64,000 bases of DNA from Octopus bimaculoides (GCF_001194135.2 NC_068990.1:4487765-4551764), one strand, 5' to 3'; shown: positions 26,642 to 39,992, counted from the first letter of the stretch. Numbers and translations are program-made. Notes: a model not told the origin generated them from the letters alone.

Positions 26642-26972
26642 CATCATTTATAAGCAGAGACAGAATACTCAATATCCAGGTTATTAGAGTTTGTTATATT
26701 TCATTTTTGTATATTGATATTGGCATTATGACTCTCCCTAGACATAACAGAGTTTATTAGAGTATAATGTAATATAATCAGCAGGATACACTACAAATTA
26801 TTTCGTGAGGTGATGTCATATTCATGCAATTCACATATCAAGTGCAGAAACAGCCAATAACTATTCTGATTAAAGCTAGGAAGTAATTACAAAAAAAAAA
26901 AAAGAAATAGAAAGAAAAAAAGAAAAAAAACCCCAAAAAATGGTGAGAGTTAACTGAAATTTTTTTTTCCTT

Positions 26973-27102
26973 CGGCGTTAGGAAGGGCATCCAGCTGTAG
27001 AAACTCTGCCAAATCAGACTGGAGCCTGGTGTTGCCATCCGGTTTCACCAGTCCTCAGTCAAATCGTCCAACCCATGCCAGCATGGAAAGCGGACGTTAA
27101 AC

Positions 27103-27150
<48 letters not shown>
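26973..27150 (+). mobile_element. Young, severely 5'-truncated RTE LINE 3' end with long (GAT)n tail
   Basis: CpGs retained; near-identical to 2330-2466; long pure (GAT)n tail. Confidence 0.8.
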
Positions 27151-27151
<1 letters not shown>

Positions 27152-29559
27152 GTGGTCCTAGGCTCGTGAGTATTTGTGTTCACACATGTATGAAACATAC
27201 ACACATATACATAAACATATGCATATGTACATACATATTTGCACATATGCACACACAAGTGTATGTACATATGTGCATGCATATAAAAAAAAATTAATAT
27301 ACATTGATCAAATAAATTAAATGGAGAAGGTCATCTTCTGACTTAGATGCAGGACGACCAATACTGTATCAGTGGAAATGCCCAGCTGGAAATTAGATAG
27401 AAATTCATTATAAATTTCTGTATTTGCATACATCTCTTCGTTACCTATTTTTACTAGTGTAAACATCTGTCATAAAGTATAACTTTGCAATTTGATCAAA
27501 AATAGATCAATAAAATAAGTTTCGAAATGAGAAAGTACTAGGAGTGATATGATTGACTAAAAGCTCTTGATGGGTGTGCTACAGCATGGCCATATCACAA
27601 AGACCGAAACCATTAAAAAACAATAAATGAAAGCAATAAAATCAGTGTATTTATATAATGTTGTCATCTGATATAAATATAAATAGTGTCTTTTCAACTG
27701 ATGAATTTGATATTTGTTTGGCAGAGAATTTATGGCTTCTGTTATACTGTTATACAGTGATTTCTATCAGATCAGTGTACCTGTTGTTGTATTGTTTTGT
27801 TATTATTATGAACTATATTCAGTCAATTATATTAATCTTATCATATGCAATATTGCACGCTAGCATTTCTGCATTAGAGTTCTCATAATATGTTGCATTT
27901 AATTTAGAAAAATCTAAGTTGATGTAAACATGTTAGAGAGTTAAGAACAAAACCATACAGAAACAAATATTTAGAATATACACACAAATGGAATGCATCT
28001 TTTAAAAGAAAGAATTATAAACAAGACTACAATATAATTTTAGCAACTTTCCATTAAATACTTCTAGGATGAAGAGTTTTAATTTATTTATTCCATTGAG
28101 CTACAAAAAAAACAAAAAAAAACAAAACAAAAACAAATTACAAAATTACAGATAAATTGTATTGTGTAATAGCTAAACCATAAATTTAGCTGAGATATCA
28201 CCTTTATATAGAATATAAGCTTGTCTCCTTATATATATCACCTGTTTAGTTAATTTTTTTAATATATATTTTCATTTTAAATTCCAACAAAATAGAAAAC
28301 CAATCTACCAAAATCCTCACCATTTCTGATACATGTCGCAGTCATGTGATACTAACAGTGTGTAATGTAAGTAATATTACTAAACAACCTGAAAATGCTG
28401 AGATGCCTTCAGGTGAGACATCTTCAAGCGAAAGCTCATTTTAACATTCCTAAGTAAAGAAAAATGATTTGTGTCTCTGTGTGTGTGTGTAGATATATGT
28501 ATATATGTATATATATATATGTGTGTATATATAATATATATGTGTGTGTTTATATGTATGTGTGAGTGTGTGTGTATTGTATGATATGTGTGTGTGCTTC
28601 AGTGTGTGTATGTGATTGAATGTGTAAGTCATCTACCCACAAATCACACTCAGACATTCATCACCACCAATGATTATTTTTATCCAAATTTTTTCATTTT
28701 CATATAAAACGTGCTGTACACCTGTTGCTCCTTAATACTCTTTACATCTAATATAACAGTGATAAGTGACACATTTGTCTTTAAAAAGAGTTTCTCAATA
28801 ATGTAGTAAGTTAGTGAGAAATATAGTGGTAGCATATTTCTGTTTCATACACACCATAGCACCGGTCAGTGCATTGCATTCATATTACCATATGTAATAG
28901 AAATCTACAACCTTTTAATCTAAGACTACTGTTTTTCTTTTGAATATATATTCAATTCGTGCCACTACTGTTGCATCTCAGAGATTTTGTATGTGAGTAC
29001 TTCTTCAGAGGAAATAAAATATATACACCACAACAAATACTGACCTCTCACATTCATTATGCTCAGCATGTATACACACACACACACATATATATATATA
29101 TANNNNNNNNNNNNNNNNNNNNNNNNNNNNNNNNNNNNNNNNNNNNNNNNNNNNNNNNNNNNNNNNNNNNNNNNNNNNNNNNNNNNNNNNNNNNNNNNNN
29201 NNNNNNNNNNNNNNNNNNNNNNNNNNNNNNNNNNNNNNNNNNNNNNNNNNNNNNNNNNNNNNNNNNNNNNNNNNNNNNNNNNNNNNNNNNNNNNNNNNNN
29301 NNNNNNNNNNNNNNNNNNNNNNNNNNNNNNNNNNNNNNNNNNNNNNNNNNNNNNNNNNNNNNNNNNNNNNNNNNNNNNNNNNNNNNNNNNNNNNNNNNNN
29401 NNNNNNNNNNNNNNNNNNNNNNNNNNNNNNNGGTATGTACACTTTTCACTGGTCTAGCCCGCCTGTTTTTGCTCCGCTGAACCCGTATTTGAAAATTTTT
29501 TAAGTGAGCTTCTTCTAGCATATTGACAGACCGGTCACTGGTCAATCTTATATACACAA

Positions 29560-29625
<66 letters not shown>

Positions 29626-29790
29626 CAATCATAATGAGTAGGAGAAAAGTCAGCATCTGGTATTGTGGTAGATTATAATAATTAAATTTAGTTGACTTGT
29701 GCCAAGAGTTTCTCTCTCTCACACACACTCTCTCTCTCTCTCTTTCTCATATGTATTCAGGTATACATATATACATTTAATACATATAAT

Positions 29791-29826
<36 letters not shown>

Positions 29827-29827
<1 letters not shown>

Positions 29828-30370
29828 ATTAGGAGTCCCAAAAAGTAATGTTACAATCTGTGTAATAAGTTCAAATTAGCATAAAACATATCATAGATAT
29901 ATTTATTTACTCATTCAAAATATATTGCTATTGTTAGCAATAAGCTTTCCACCTCAAAACCAGTTTTTTGATTCCTTGGGCAAAAAAGACTATGTTCTAG
30001 TGAAGTAATAATATTTGGAGTACTGTTTTGACATCATTTCTACTTGCATCCGAATGTTTTTTTTTTCCACAGGTAAGGTGTTCAAGTGACCTGTATAAGT
30101 GGAAATCTAATGTTGAGTGAGGTAGAACTTTCCAGCCTAATGGATTATTTTTTTTCCTTGGATTATCTTCAGTGATTGTGGCCTTACATTATTATGAGGT
30201 CAGCACTTCCCTTTTCAATATCGATCTGCTTGAGATGATCTTGCACAGTGGACCAAGGTTTATTAAGCCTCCTGTATAAGACCCCAAAACTTTGATATGC
30301 ATTCACTTCAATTGCTGTTTTTACTATGGCATTATGGAGAATAGTTGAGCTTCCTGATTGATACCCATCC
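29827..30370 (-). pseudogene. Mariner transposase C-terminal remnant with right TIR
   Basis: Minus translation LGWKVLPH..DFHLYRS (HPPYSPDLAPSDFHLF with an internal deletion) and FAQGIKKLVLRWKA. End TATTAGGAGTCCCAAAAAGTAATG. Confidence 0.7.
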
Positions 30371-30850
30371 TATATGTGGTCTGATCAATAAGTATCCGGT
30401 CTGTTGCCATAGTAAAGTAGCTAAAGTATGCAGGGTGAAGTTGCATGGCACAGATTGACTGTGAACTCAGCTGTGCATGCACACTGAGTTTTAACATTCT
30501 AGCTCACTTCCGCTGTTTACAGTAGTGCTTAGAAGGAAGGTGTGTAGTGTGTGATCGTCACATTGACCATGACAGAGAAAGTTCTCATAGTGATACCTGC
30601 TCAGAGGCCTATGCAAATTTGCAGAAGAGTAGTGTATGAGCCACACACAAGTGTACGAGTGATTCAGACATTTCCAACATGGCTGAAAAAATGTTGATAT
30701 TGAGACGTGCATGCAGCTGTGAGGGGAAATTGCCAAATCACTATCCGTGAGTTATCAGAGGATGTACAGATTAGTTACGGTTTAGTTCAGTCCATTATCA
30801 CTGAAAAGTCGAGTATGAGATGCATGTCTGCCAAGTTTCTGCCAACTTGC
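30371..30850 (+). pseudogene. Second mariner, left TIR plus N-terminal HTH region
   Basis: TIR-like TATATGTGGTCTGATCAATAAGTATCCGG; DTCSEAYANLQK, CMSHTQVYE*FRHFQHG, ITIRELSEDVQISYGLVQSIITE..MRCMSAKFLP. Confidence 0.8.
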
Positions 30851-30869
30851 CGCCTTTCGTTTCTGTCTA

Positions 30870-31000
30870 CGAAATCCGCTCACAAAGCTTTGTCGCTCTG
30901 AGACTATAGTAGAAGACACTTGTCCAAATTGCCATGCAGTAGAACTGAACCCAGAGCCATGTGGTTGGGAAACAAACTTTTTAACACGCAGCCAATGCCT
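30870..31000 (-). mobile_element. tRNA-derived SINE family B, 5' fragment
   Basis: GACTATAGTAGAAGACACTTGTCC...ACTGAACCCAGAGCCATGTGGTTGGGAAAC. Confidence 0.6.
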
Positions 31001-32959
31001 GTTGTTAAGAGTTATTAATAAGAGATTATCAATCTAAGCAAAATACTTCTCAAGCTCTCAGTTAATACAAACACACCAGGCTAACAAAAAGTTTTCAGAT
31101 TGGTGTAGAACTGCAGACAAGATCCAGGGTTGAATTTCATTACTAGTTGACCTTGTAAATCCATGGTTGCATTCACCAGCTATTATGGTATTGTTCACAA
31201 AGTGACATACAAGAAAAGGCATGCATAATGGACTTTACATATTTCTTTATTTGCGCATGTTAGACTTACAACTGTTTCTGATATACGTTGTAGGTGCATT
31301 GAGGGTTCCCTTTACTCAATCAATCAATTGATTGATTGAAAATAATATAGAATGAGTTTAACAAATACTATCGTCTTCACATGATATATATGCATGTATA
31401 CACAGACACAGAGTGGGCTATATTTATACAAATACACACACACACACACACACACACAGTAATTCAAATTATGCACTAGGAATAGGTCTATAATGTAAAC
31501 CTTATCAATACTGTCTACTTAATGTATATGTGTTATTTAAACCACAACTTCTGGTGTTTAAACAACAAAAGCATGTGATATTGATAGGTTACAAACATAT
31601 ATTTATGTATGTATAAAATGCATATATATATATATATATATAAGTAATGTGATATACATATACACACACACTCACACAGATATGTACAAATGTGTATATA
31701 CTCATATATAGACACCATCTCATCTCATACACATTTTTTCTCATTGATAATTTTATGGCATTAGGATAGCTGGATAGCTGGCACAGCTTAGATAAATCAC
31801 TGATATTCAAAATAGAACTGCTTAATTCATTCAGATTGATCAACATGCATGTATTTCAATACAACACCTTTCAGGTTATGTGAGTTTATTGGAAAAAAAC
31901 CAAAGATAATTTGATTTACATAAACTGACTATCCTGATAGGGAAGGTATAGAGATTAATAAAATATATGGAATTTAAGAAATTATATCCACCAACTATAT
32001 TACTTTACAAACTGTATATTTCATTTCTAACACTGCCTGTCATCTACTTTGAAGTGCATATATTTAGATGAAAACTTTGTAGTATAATAATCTAATTAAA
32101 GAAAAAAAGAATTGACAGACCCCTAACACTATAGTCCTTCCTTCAATGATGTCTACTGTGTTACCCTCTCATAACTACAGATTTATTCTACTTATTTAAT
32201 TTCCTCTCCCTCATTGCCCCTTTCTCCCCCCACACTCCCTTTCTCTTGTTTCCTACTTCAGTTATAGGGTGCTACTTTACCTCCGTATTCTCGCATGTTG
32301 CAAGTTGATCTCACATGGGCTGGTGCTCCCATTACACTCTGTAAATTGGTTGGTATTAGGAATAGTATCCAGACAGAATTCATTGAGGTGGATTTTCTAC
32401 AGTCCTTACTGCCATCGAATGTCACTTGTCTCCAAGCAAGGTAATATTTTTTCTTGATTAGACATCTTTCATGGAAGGCAGTGTGATAACACTACAACAC
32501 TACTTTAAAGAACGTAAAGATGGACAAAATACTGCTAAGCATTTTGCCTGCTGTGCTAACGATTCTGCCAACTTGTCACCTTAAATTACTTGTATGATAT
32601 TGACATGATTTCCAAGATGAGAAAATACAAACACATACACCCGCAACATACACACACACAAAATGGATTTAACTTAGTTTCTATGTAACAAGCTCACTCA
32701 CAAAGATTTAGCCTAAATCTATAAGGGAAGGCAGTCACCCAAAGTACTACATAATAGGAGTGAACTCAAAATCATGTGAGTGAAAAACCAGCTTCTTAAC
32801 CAAATAGCCATACCTGCACTTATATGTATATGAAACACAAAAACTACTTAAATTTAGCTGATTATGATTTGATTTTAGAATTGATTTAGAAAAAGCCAAA
32901 TTCCTTTCTCAAGTATGTTTATATATATATATACATTCATACATCTTTCATCTTCGGTC

Positions 32960-33463
32960 TTTTATCTTTTACCTGTTTCAGTCAGCAGATTGCAGGCATG
33001 CTTGGGTACCACTTTGAAATACTTTTTTTAGTTGGATGTATTGACCCCAGTACTTATGTATAAGACTGGTACTTATTTGATTGGTTTCTTTTGCTGAACC
33101 GCTAAGTTATGAGGAACTAAGCACACCAACACCAGTTGTCAAGGAAATGTGGAGTAGATAAAACAGTGGACAACTGATGAAGGGATTGTCCTTTATGTTG
33201 CCTGTCTTGTTTTTCTATTTGTTTCTTTTGTTGTTCGCGAAAAAAGTTTGTTTTCTGTGTTTTCGTATTTCATGTTCTTGTTTTTCATGTTGTTTACATT
33301 TTTTCACGTCCTGTACCCATATATGCTTGTGTATATACATATATATGTAAGTATGTACATACGCATATATATGTAAGTATGTACATACGCATATATATAT
33401 ATTATTTATATTATCATATGATCGAACACCACGCATCCATTTCCAAGTAAGTTTTACATAAAT

Positions 33464-33498
<35 letters not shown>

Positions 33499-33640
33499 CC
33501 ATGGTCTTCTTTCAGTTTCACTCACAAGGCTTTTGTCGACCTGGGGCTATAGCAGAAGACACTTGCCCAAGGTGCCATGCAGTAGGACTGAACCCAGAAC
33601 CTTGTGGTTGGGAAGCAAGCTTCTTACCACACAACCACTA
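32960..33640 (-). mobile_element. tRNA-derived SINE family B, interrupted by a family E insertion (33165-33320)
   Basis: The two halves match the uninterrupted copies at 45080-45470 and 62120-62505; the insertion sits in the internal microsatellite. Confidence 0.7.
33165..33320 (-). repeat. Unclassified microsatellite-flanked repeat, family E (fragment)
   Basis: Reverse-complement homologue of 43126-43265; both end at GGGTACAGGA next to (TA)n. Confidence 0.65.
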
Positions 33641-34497
33641 TATGCATACATACATGAACACTTGGATGAAAATATCTATCTATCTATCTATCTATATACA
33701 TACACACAAAAATAAACACACATACATATTTTACATCCACATATATGTAATGAATATATATAAATATATTTTTTTAAAGTTATTTTGCTTTAATTTATAT
33801 AATTTGAATCAATATAACCAAATATATTAAAAAGGTTTTAGTAGATTTCTGTTTATCAGACCATGTAATATGAGGTATTAATTATGCCAAACTTATATAT
33901 ATATATTAAACATTTTCAATCAACAGTACACTACAAATATTCTTACATGTAATACTAAATAGCATAGGAGAGATGTTATTTAACTAAATTAATAAATGTC
34001 TGACAAACCAGCTAACACAAGTGGTGTTTATATTAATTTTTCACAATCTCTTGCTACATCATTGAATAGATATGCATCCATGCTTATATAGATATTTACC
34101 AGTAACAATATAATTGCATAACACATACTCACATACATACATGAATACATACACACACATGTATGTAAACACACACACACACACACACACACGCACAAGT
34201 CTGGTTTGCAAGATTCTTTATATGAATTCATGTGTTGAAATAAATTTTGTTGTGTATGGGGAAAGTCATACTGCCTTGATATCTAACACACTCACTGGTT
34301 CAATTTCCACTCATTTATTATATTTTATTTTGTGTGTCTTCCCCAAAATAATGAGCAGAATTTGAACTGATGTGTTAGATATTAAAGACAGTATAACTCA
34401 TTCAGACATAATGAAATATACATATGTATATGCGCATGCATGTGTGTGAGTATGTGTATGTGTGTATATGTATACATATATAATTATGTGTGTGTGA

Positions 34498-34544
<47 letters not shown>

Positions 34545-35122
34545 TACATATACATCTGTTTTGCACATAAACTTCTCTCTCACTAACCTCTCCTGTAAAT
34601 TTATACTTTTAATATAAAAGAAATCTTATTTAAAAGAAGCCACTGTAGGATGGAAATATAAAATGCATATTCTTCTCAGTCCCTGATGCCCCCCCCCCCA
34701 TTTCACCATGTTTACAGAGATGATCTATGCATTTTGCTCCCCTAACCTCTTAGAAGCTCCAGCCACTATGTCATCATAGAGTGAAAATCACCTTTAGAAG
34801 TCTTGACCACCCTTCTCGTGTCCATTACAATTGTACCTCCGTCCCCTATTAGGGTTTGCTCAATATAGGCCCCTATACACATGTTTATGTTAATGTTCTG
34901 ATGCTGATGCTGACATCACCTCACATGAGATGAATTTACTGCACAGGCAAATAGGACTGTGATGTTTAATAATAACAATACTAATACTACTAATAATTGT
35001 TTCTAACACAAAGATATAAAAAGTGTTTCAAATTTTGAATAATCTTTCTAAAATAATAATGATAATTGGTTCTTGCATTTGTTTTGCAAGATTCCTGATG
35101 TGAAATTGTGCATTGAAACAAA

Positions 35123-35309
35123 TATCGTTACATTTGAGGATGGCCATATTTTTGCCAATTAACCACACACACTATTTACTTGGTTTTCACTTCAGCTCTA
35201 TTATTAATTATTATTACTAATAATAAATACTAATAATAAAGCCCAAGTGAAAACCAAATGCATGTCGTCGTTAATTGGCAAAATATGACCATCCCCAAAT
35301 ACAATGATA
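35123..35309. mobile_element. Foldback / palindromic MITE with ~80-bp imperfect arms
   Basis: Left arm TATCGTTACATTTGAGGATGGCCATATTTTTGCCAATTAAC...TTGGTTTTCACTT; right arm AAGTGAAAACCAA...GTTAATTGGCAAAATATGACCATCCCCAAATACAATGATA; AT-rich spacer. Confidence 0.8.
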
Positions 35310-35429
35310 ATTGGTTCATTATGAATTTATTGGGAAGTGAAGAGCAACAGCAGATTAACTAAAAATAGCATCTATCAATGCATGAGTGCTTCCAAGCAAT
35401 TGTATGAACTCTTTTATTTTATGTGATGT

Positions 35430-37085
35430 GTAGAAGACAGTCAGAAACTAGGGGATCCATCTTCAGAATACACCTCCCTCTATCTGTCAGGTTATCGATG
35501 TTAGAACAGCTTCCATTAATATCAGTACAATGAAAAGTTGGGCCAATAAGTTTGCCCAGAAGCTGGAACATAGGTAAGGAGATGTTTTGCATGTAAGATG
35601 CAAAATGGAAAGGAGCCTCTGCCAGACAACTCACTGACAAGGAACAGTGATAGATACCAGTGATGGAGTAAATGGAACAGGCATGTTATTAACAAAGACA
35701 TAGATAGATAAGTAACTGAAGCTGATAGGGAGTAATGAAATAATATAACTAGTTGTCAAGAACGCAACAGCTATATTTATCTCTGTTATGTCTGGCAGAT
35801 AAAGAGAAAGACAACTTTTATGAGACTCTTTGACAGACCTTCTCCCTAATGACTAATAGCGACTTTATGTTTGTAGTTGACTTTAATAGACATAATGGAA
35901 ACATTATGAGGGCTTTACTGGCATTTACGGATGCCTACAACTATGGTATATGAAAGAAGGAAGGATAAATTCTCCTGAAGTACTGAGATTCAAATGATCT
36001 AACCATCTACAACACCAGCTTCAAGAAACTGGCTAACCAACTTATCACCTACTGATTGTGTTTGGGTGAACACGAAAGATAGATAGATTACATTCTCACT
36101 AGAAAAAGAGACAAACAAACTCTATCCCTAGTGAAGAGAATATACTACCCGAGATAAAATAATGGTCAGTGATTTCTGAGTAATTGCCAGGTAGAAACAA
36201 ACACATAAGACAATCTAGAGGAGGAAATGGAAATTGAAAGAGCAAACAACTAGCAACAGGTTTAAAGACAATTAACTGATGCATATGACATAACAGAAAA
36301 GGAGATAGCAATAACTATGTAGAGGGCAACGGGGAATTTGTATAGGATAACCTACTGAGGGAATTAGACCTAACCTGTGGTTGGGGCATGGTTTCCGCTG
36401 AACAAAGTGCAACATGGTGGTGGACTAGCTCAGTGGGTGTAACCATAACAGCTTCAAAAAGAGAAGTGAGATATCAGGTATATCCAGCAAAAAGAGATGG
36501 CCAGAGTAGGAAGTTTGTCAATGTTCTAAGATGTAAAGAGCAGAAGCATGGGACATCTTGGATTGCTAAGCTGTGTGTAAGAGAAAAATGAAGATGTTGC
36601 TTGGGGAAGTTGTAAGATGATGGCATTTTTGCTCTTACAGACAATGAAGAGAAAGAGGCATAGAAGTGCTATTATGAGAAACTGTTAAGTTAGGAGAATA
36701 CATGAAAGAAAGAGTCTATTTCCAGTAGACTTAACAGAGGGATCAGCCACAACAGCAGTGAGGTAGATAGAGCGATTAAGGCTATGAAGGTAAGGAAGGG
36801 ACCTGGTCCGTTAAGAGTCACAGCTGCAATGTTTGAAATATCTGGTAGAGTGGTAGTACAGAAAGGTGTCACAGCCAATGATTGGCAAAGCAACATTGTC
36901 ATCAACTGCTACTAAAGCAAAAGTGACATGTTAGAGAGAGTAAACCAGATTATGAAGGTAACAGAAACAGTTATAGCAAAATTAATTAGAAGGAAAGAAG
37001 CAAGTGAGAACTGATGAGAGGTAAGAAAATATGCTTCAGTGAATTTTGGCTGATTCATGCAAGCATTGAAAAAGTAGACATTAAA

Positions 37086-37132
<47 letters not shown>
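35430..37132 (+). pseudogene. RTE-clade LINE remnant: APE endonuclease, linker and RT start, then (GAT)n tail
   Basis: NISTMKS (35518), IYNTSFKKLANQLITY (36005), IDYILTRKR (36083), ATWWW (36410), IMKVTETVIAKLIR (36950), then ...GTAGACATTAAAATGATGATG tail. Confidence 0.8.
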
Positions 37133-38394
37133 ATATATATATATGGGGAAGAATTGGTATGATATTTCTCAAATATTGGTAGTGCTAATTCCAAATCATT
37201 TTAATTTTCTAGAAAATGTACACATAAATAAACTAGTGTGGCCTTTGCTTGCTTTCAACAACATCTATGTTTTGTATGTTATTTGATAAATGAATTGCTG
37301 TTTATTGTTTTATTTGTTTAGAGGAAAAAAAACAAAGAACTTTGACAGTATTTAATTAAAATATATTTGTCTATCTTTTTCATAAACTCTCAACAACACT
37401 TATATATAATGCTTCCAGTCTTCTTGGTTCTGAAAATAAACGCACTCATGCACAAACAGATGACTACTGACATAAGCATAGTTTTTTTACATCTTATCTG
37501 TGTTTGTAAAGAGTTTAATAACATTTATACATTCACAAATTTGGATATGAATTTTTGGAAAAATTCAGCTTACTGCTGATGTAAATCCTTTTATAAGCAT
37601 ATACCTTCCCTATCACCATCAAACAACAAGTTATCAGTTAAGTAAAAGAAAAAAGACCAATATACATTAACAATTGCGTAAGCAATTGTACCTAACTAGA
37701 TGCAAACCACAGCTGTAACTGGCTTAATTTTTTTGCTGTGGAAATATATAATAGGTTGGAGTGTGAGGAATCTGGAAATGGTTTGCATAATCAAAAACTG
37801 TATAGTGAAATTTGTGAGTCTGGATACCATGCCATGGAGAAGATAATAATGTTTCTAGTGTCAGAAAGAGAGAAAAAAAGCAGCTCCTTTTCTCTTAGGT
37901 AAGCAAATTTAACACACAACACTAAAACTTTAATTTGAGACATACCATGATACATCAAGATAATGTATGAGAATAGCAAATAATCAAATTAGATGATGCA
38001 GCAAATTTAGTTATGAGCATACAACTTTGTTAGGCAGAAACTTATACTGGTTTCTGTGGCATTTAAGTAAATGAGAGTACTATATTCTCCTGTCTTCATG
38101 AATGGGCCACTAGTCCATTGCAGAGTTAATCTACAGCTGCTATTGGTACCCAGGTTTCAGTAAGTGGGTTGAAGCAATGTGAAATACAGTGCTTTGCTTA
38201 AGGACAAAATACACTACCCATTCAAGGAACTTAATACATGAATTACCATGACGTAACACCTTAACCATTAGCCATGAAATGTGAAAAGTAAAGACAGATC
38301 TGGTGATTTAAGTTCTAACTAAATACTTCAAAGCATCTTGTCCAAAGTTCTACTGATTCTACTAATGTAACATATATACATGTATGTGTATAAA

Positions 38395-38730
38395 AGTGTA
38401 AAGACCCCCTTTGGTTGTGAATGACCATGAGATTGCACCTAGAATGTTACTCCTCAAGGCACAAGTCCAGGCAAGGTTGTTTATGGAAGACCAGCAGTTT
38501 CCCATGCAAACCGGCCTCCCCTCTCCATACCACCAATGTTATCCAAGGGAAAGGCAAAGACTGATATAGCTTGGTACCAGTGACATTGCAACTCATTTCT
38601 ACATCTAAGTGAACTAGAGAAACATGAAATAAAGTGTCTTGCTCAAGAACACAACACACAGCCTAGTCTGGGAATCAAACTCACTACCACATGATTGTAA
38701 GCCCAATGCTCTAACCACTGAGCCATGTGA
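38395..38730 (-). mobile_element. tRNA-derived SINE, family C
   Basis: Reverse complement starts CACATGGCTCAGTGGTTAGAGC (A box) ...GAGTTTGATTCCC (B box) ...TTCTTGAGCAAGACACTTTATTTC. Confidence 0.75.
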
Positions 38731-39305
38731 TTTTTATACACACGCACACACACAGACACACACACACAGATAATATATATATAAACAAGATACACGAAAA
38801 CAAAATTGCTTCATTTACTCAGTCAAAAGGGAGTAGTCTAAAAATATCACTTTCCACATCTTCTGAAGTCACTTAGCCTTTGTGCACTTTGAAGAAGTAA
38901 ACAGTTTTAACACTGTCTTAGCACTATTTTATGATGGTTGAAGTAAACTTAACAAAAATGCTACATTTTTGTTTGTTTTTATCACCAAAGGAAAAATAAG
39001 AACAATGACAATAAAAGTTATGCCCTGAGTTATAATAACTAACTCAGACAACTATAGTTTATGTAAAACTGTTAGACTATATTTCAAATGAAATTTTAGT
39101 AAATTTATAGGTTTATCAAATGGGAGTTGAGTCTCTTTCACCTTTCTAATAGTTTACAGTATGATAAGGAATGTCACTGGAATTATTGGGCTGAGGAAAA
39201 TATAATTATTTAATAAAGAGTGCGATAAATTCCATTTGATTATTTAGAATTTTACATCACTTTGAAAGTTTCAGCTACAAAACATATAAAATAAATGTGA
39301 CTTAC

Positions 39306-39386
39306 CTGGAAATGTGGCTTAGCCATGATCTCTCGTAATTCGTCCACATGGAGTTTGTGTTTGTGCTTGCGAAGTGTATTGTATAC
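39306..39386 (-). CDS. Internal coding exon (81 nt, phase 0-0) of a MAGUK p55/CASK-family scaffold protein, L27 domain (C-terminal part)
   Basis: Minus strand reads ...ttattacttttgcag|GTATAC...TTCCAG|gtaagtca, with a strong acceptor and donor. It is open in phase 0: VYNTLRKHKHKLHVDELREIMAKPHFQ. The EL..I..KPHFQ motif is the L27 signature. As I recall them, CASK ([27 protein letters not shown]), MPP3/7 and MPP5 have a 26-27 aa exon ending at the same position. The paralogue cannot be assigned from one exon. Confidence 0.85.
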
Positions 39387-39533
39387 CTGCAAAAGTAATA
39401 ACAAAATATTTAAAGTGGTCAACAAGGAAAGGCATGAATTTCTGAAAATGAATAAAAATATGGCACAGGGGAAACAGCGGAATAGAATTTGGAACAGAAT
39501 TCTAAGTAATCAGAAATGGGAGCAGAGGAATTG

Positions 39534-39598
<65 letters not shown>

Positions 39599-39679
39599 CA
39601 TACACATATATATAGACATACGTATATATATATGCATTCTTCATATTGTCTATCATCATCATCATCATTGTTATTATTA

Positions 39680-39992
39680 AGACAGCAAGCTGGCAGAATC
39701 ATTAGCATGCTGGGAAAATTGCTTAGTGGTCAACTTTGCCTTTCATCCTTTTGGGGTTGATAAAATAGGTACCAGTTGAGTACTGGGGGCTGATGTAATC
39801 GACTTACCCCTCCACTGAAATTGCTGGCCTTGTTTCAAAATTTGAAATCATCATCATCATCATTATTACTATTATTATTATTAAAAGGCTGCGAGCTGGC
39901 AGAATCGTTAAATAAGAACCAGTTATGCACTGGGGTTGATGTAATCAACTTAATTCCCTACCACAAGCTGCCCTCATGGCAAAAATTTGAAA

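Noticed and set aside
30061-30078. Recursive-splice-like (Y)nCAG|GTAAG motifs here and at 37885-37904
   Set aside because: Both are on the plus strand, opposite the host gene, and this one lies inside a mariner relic.
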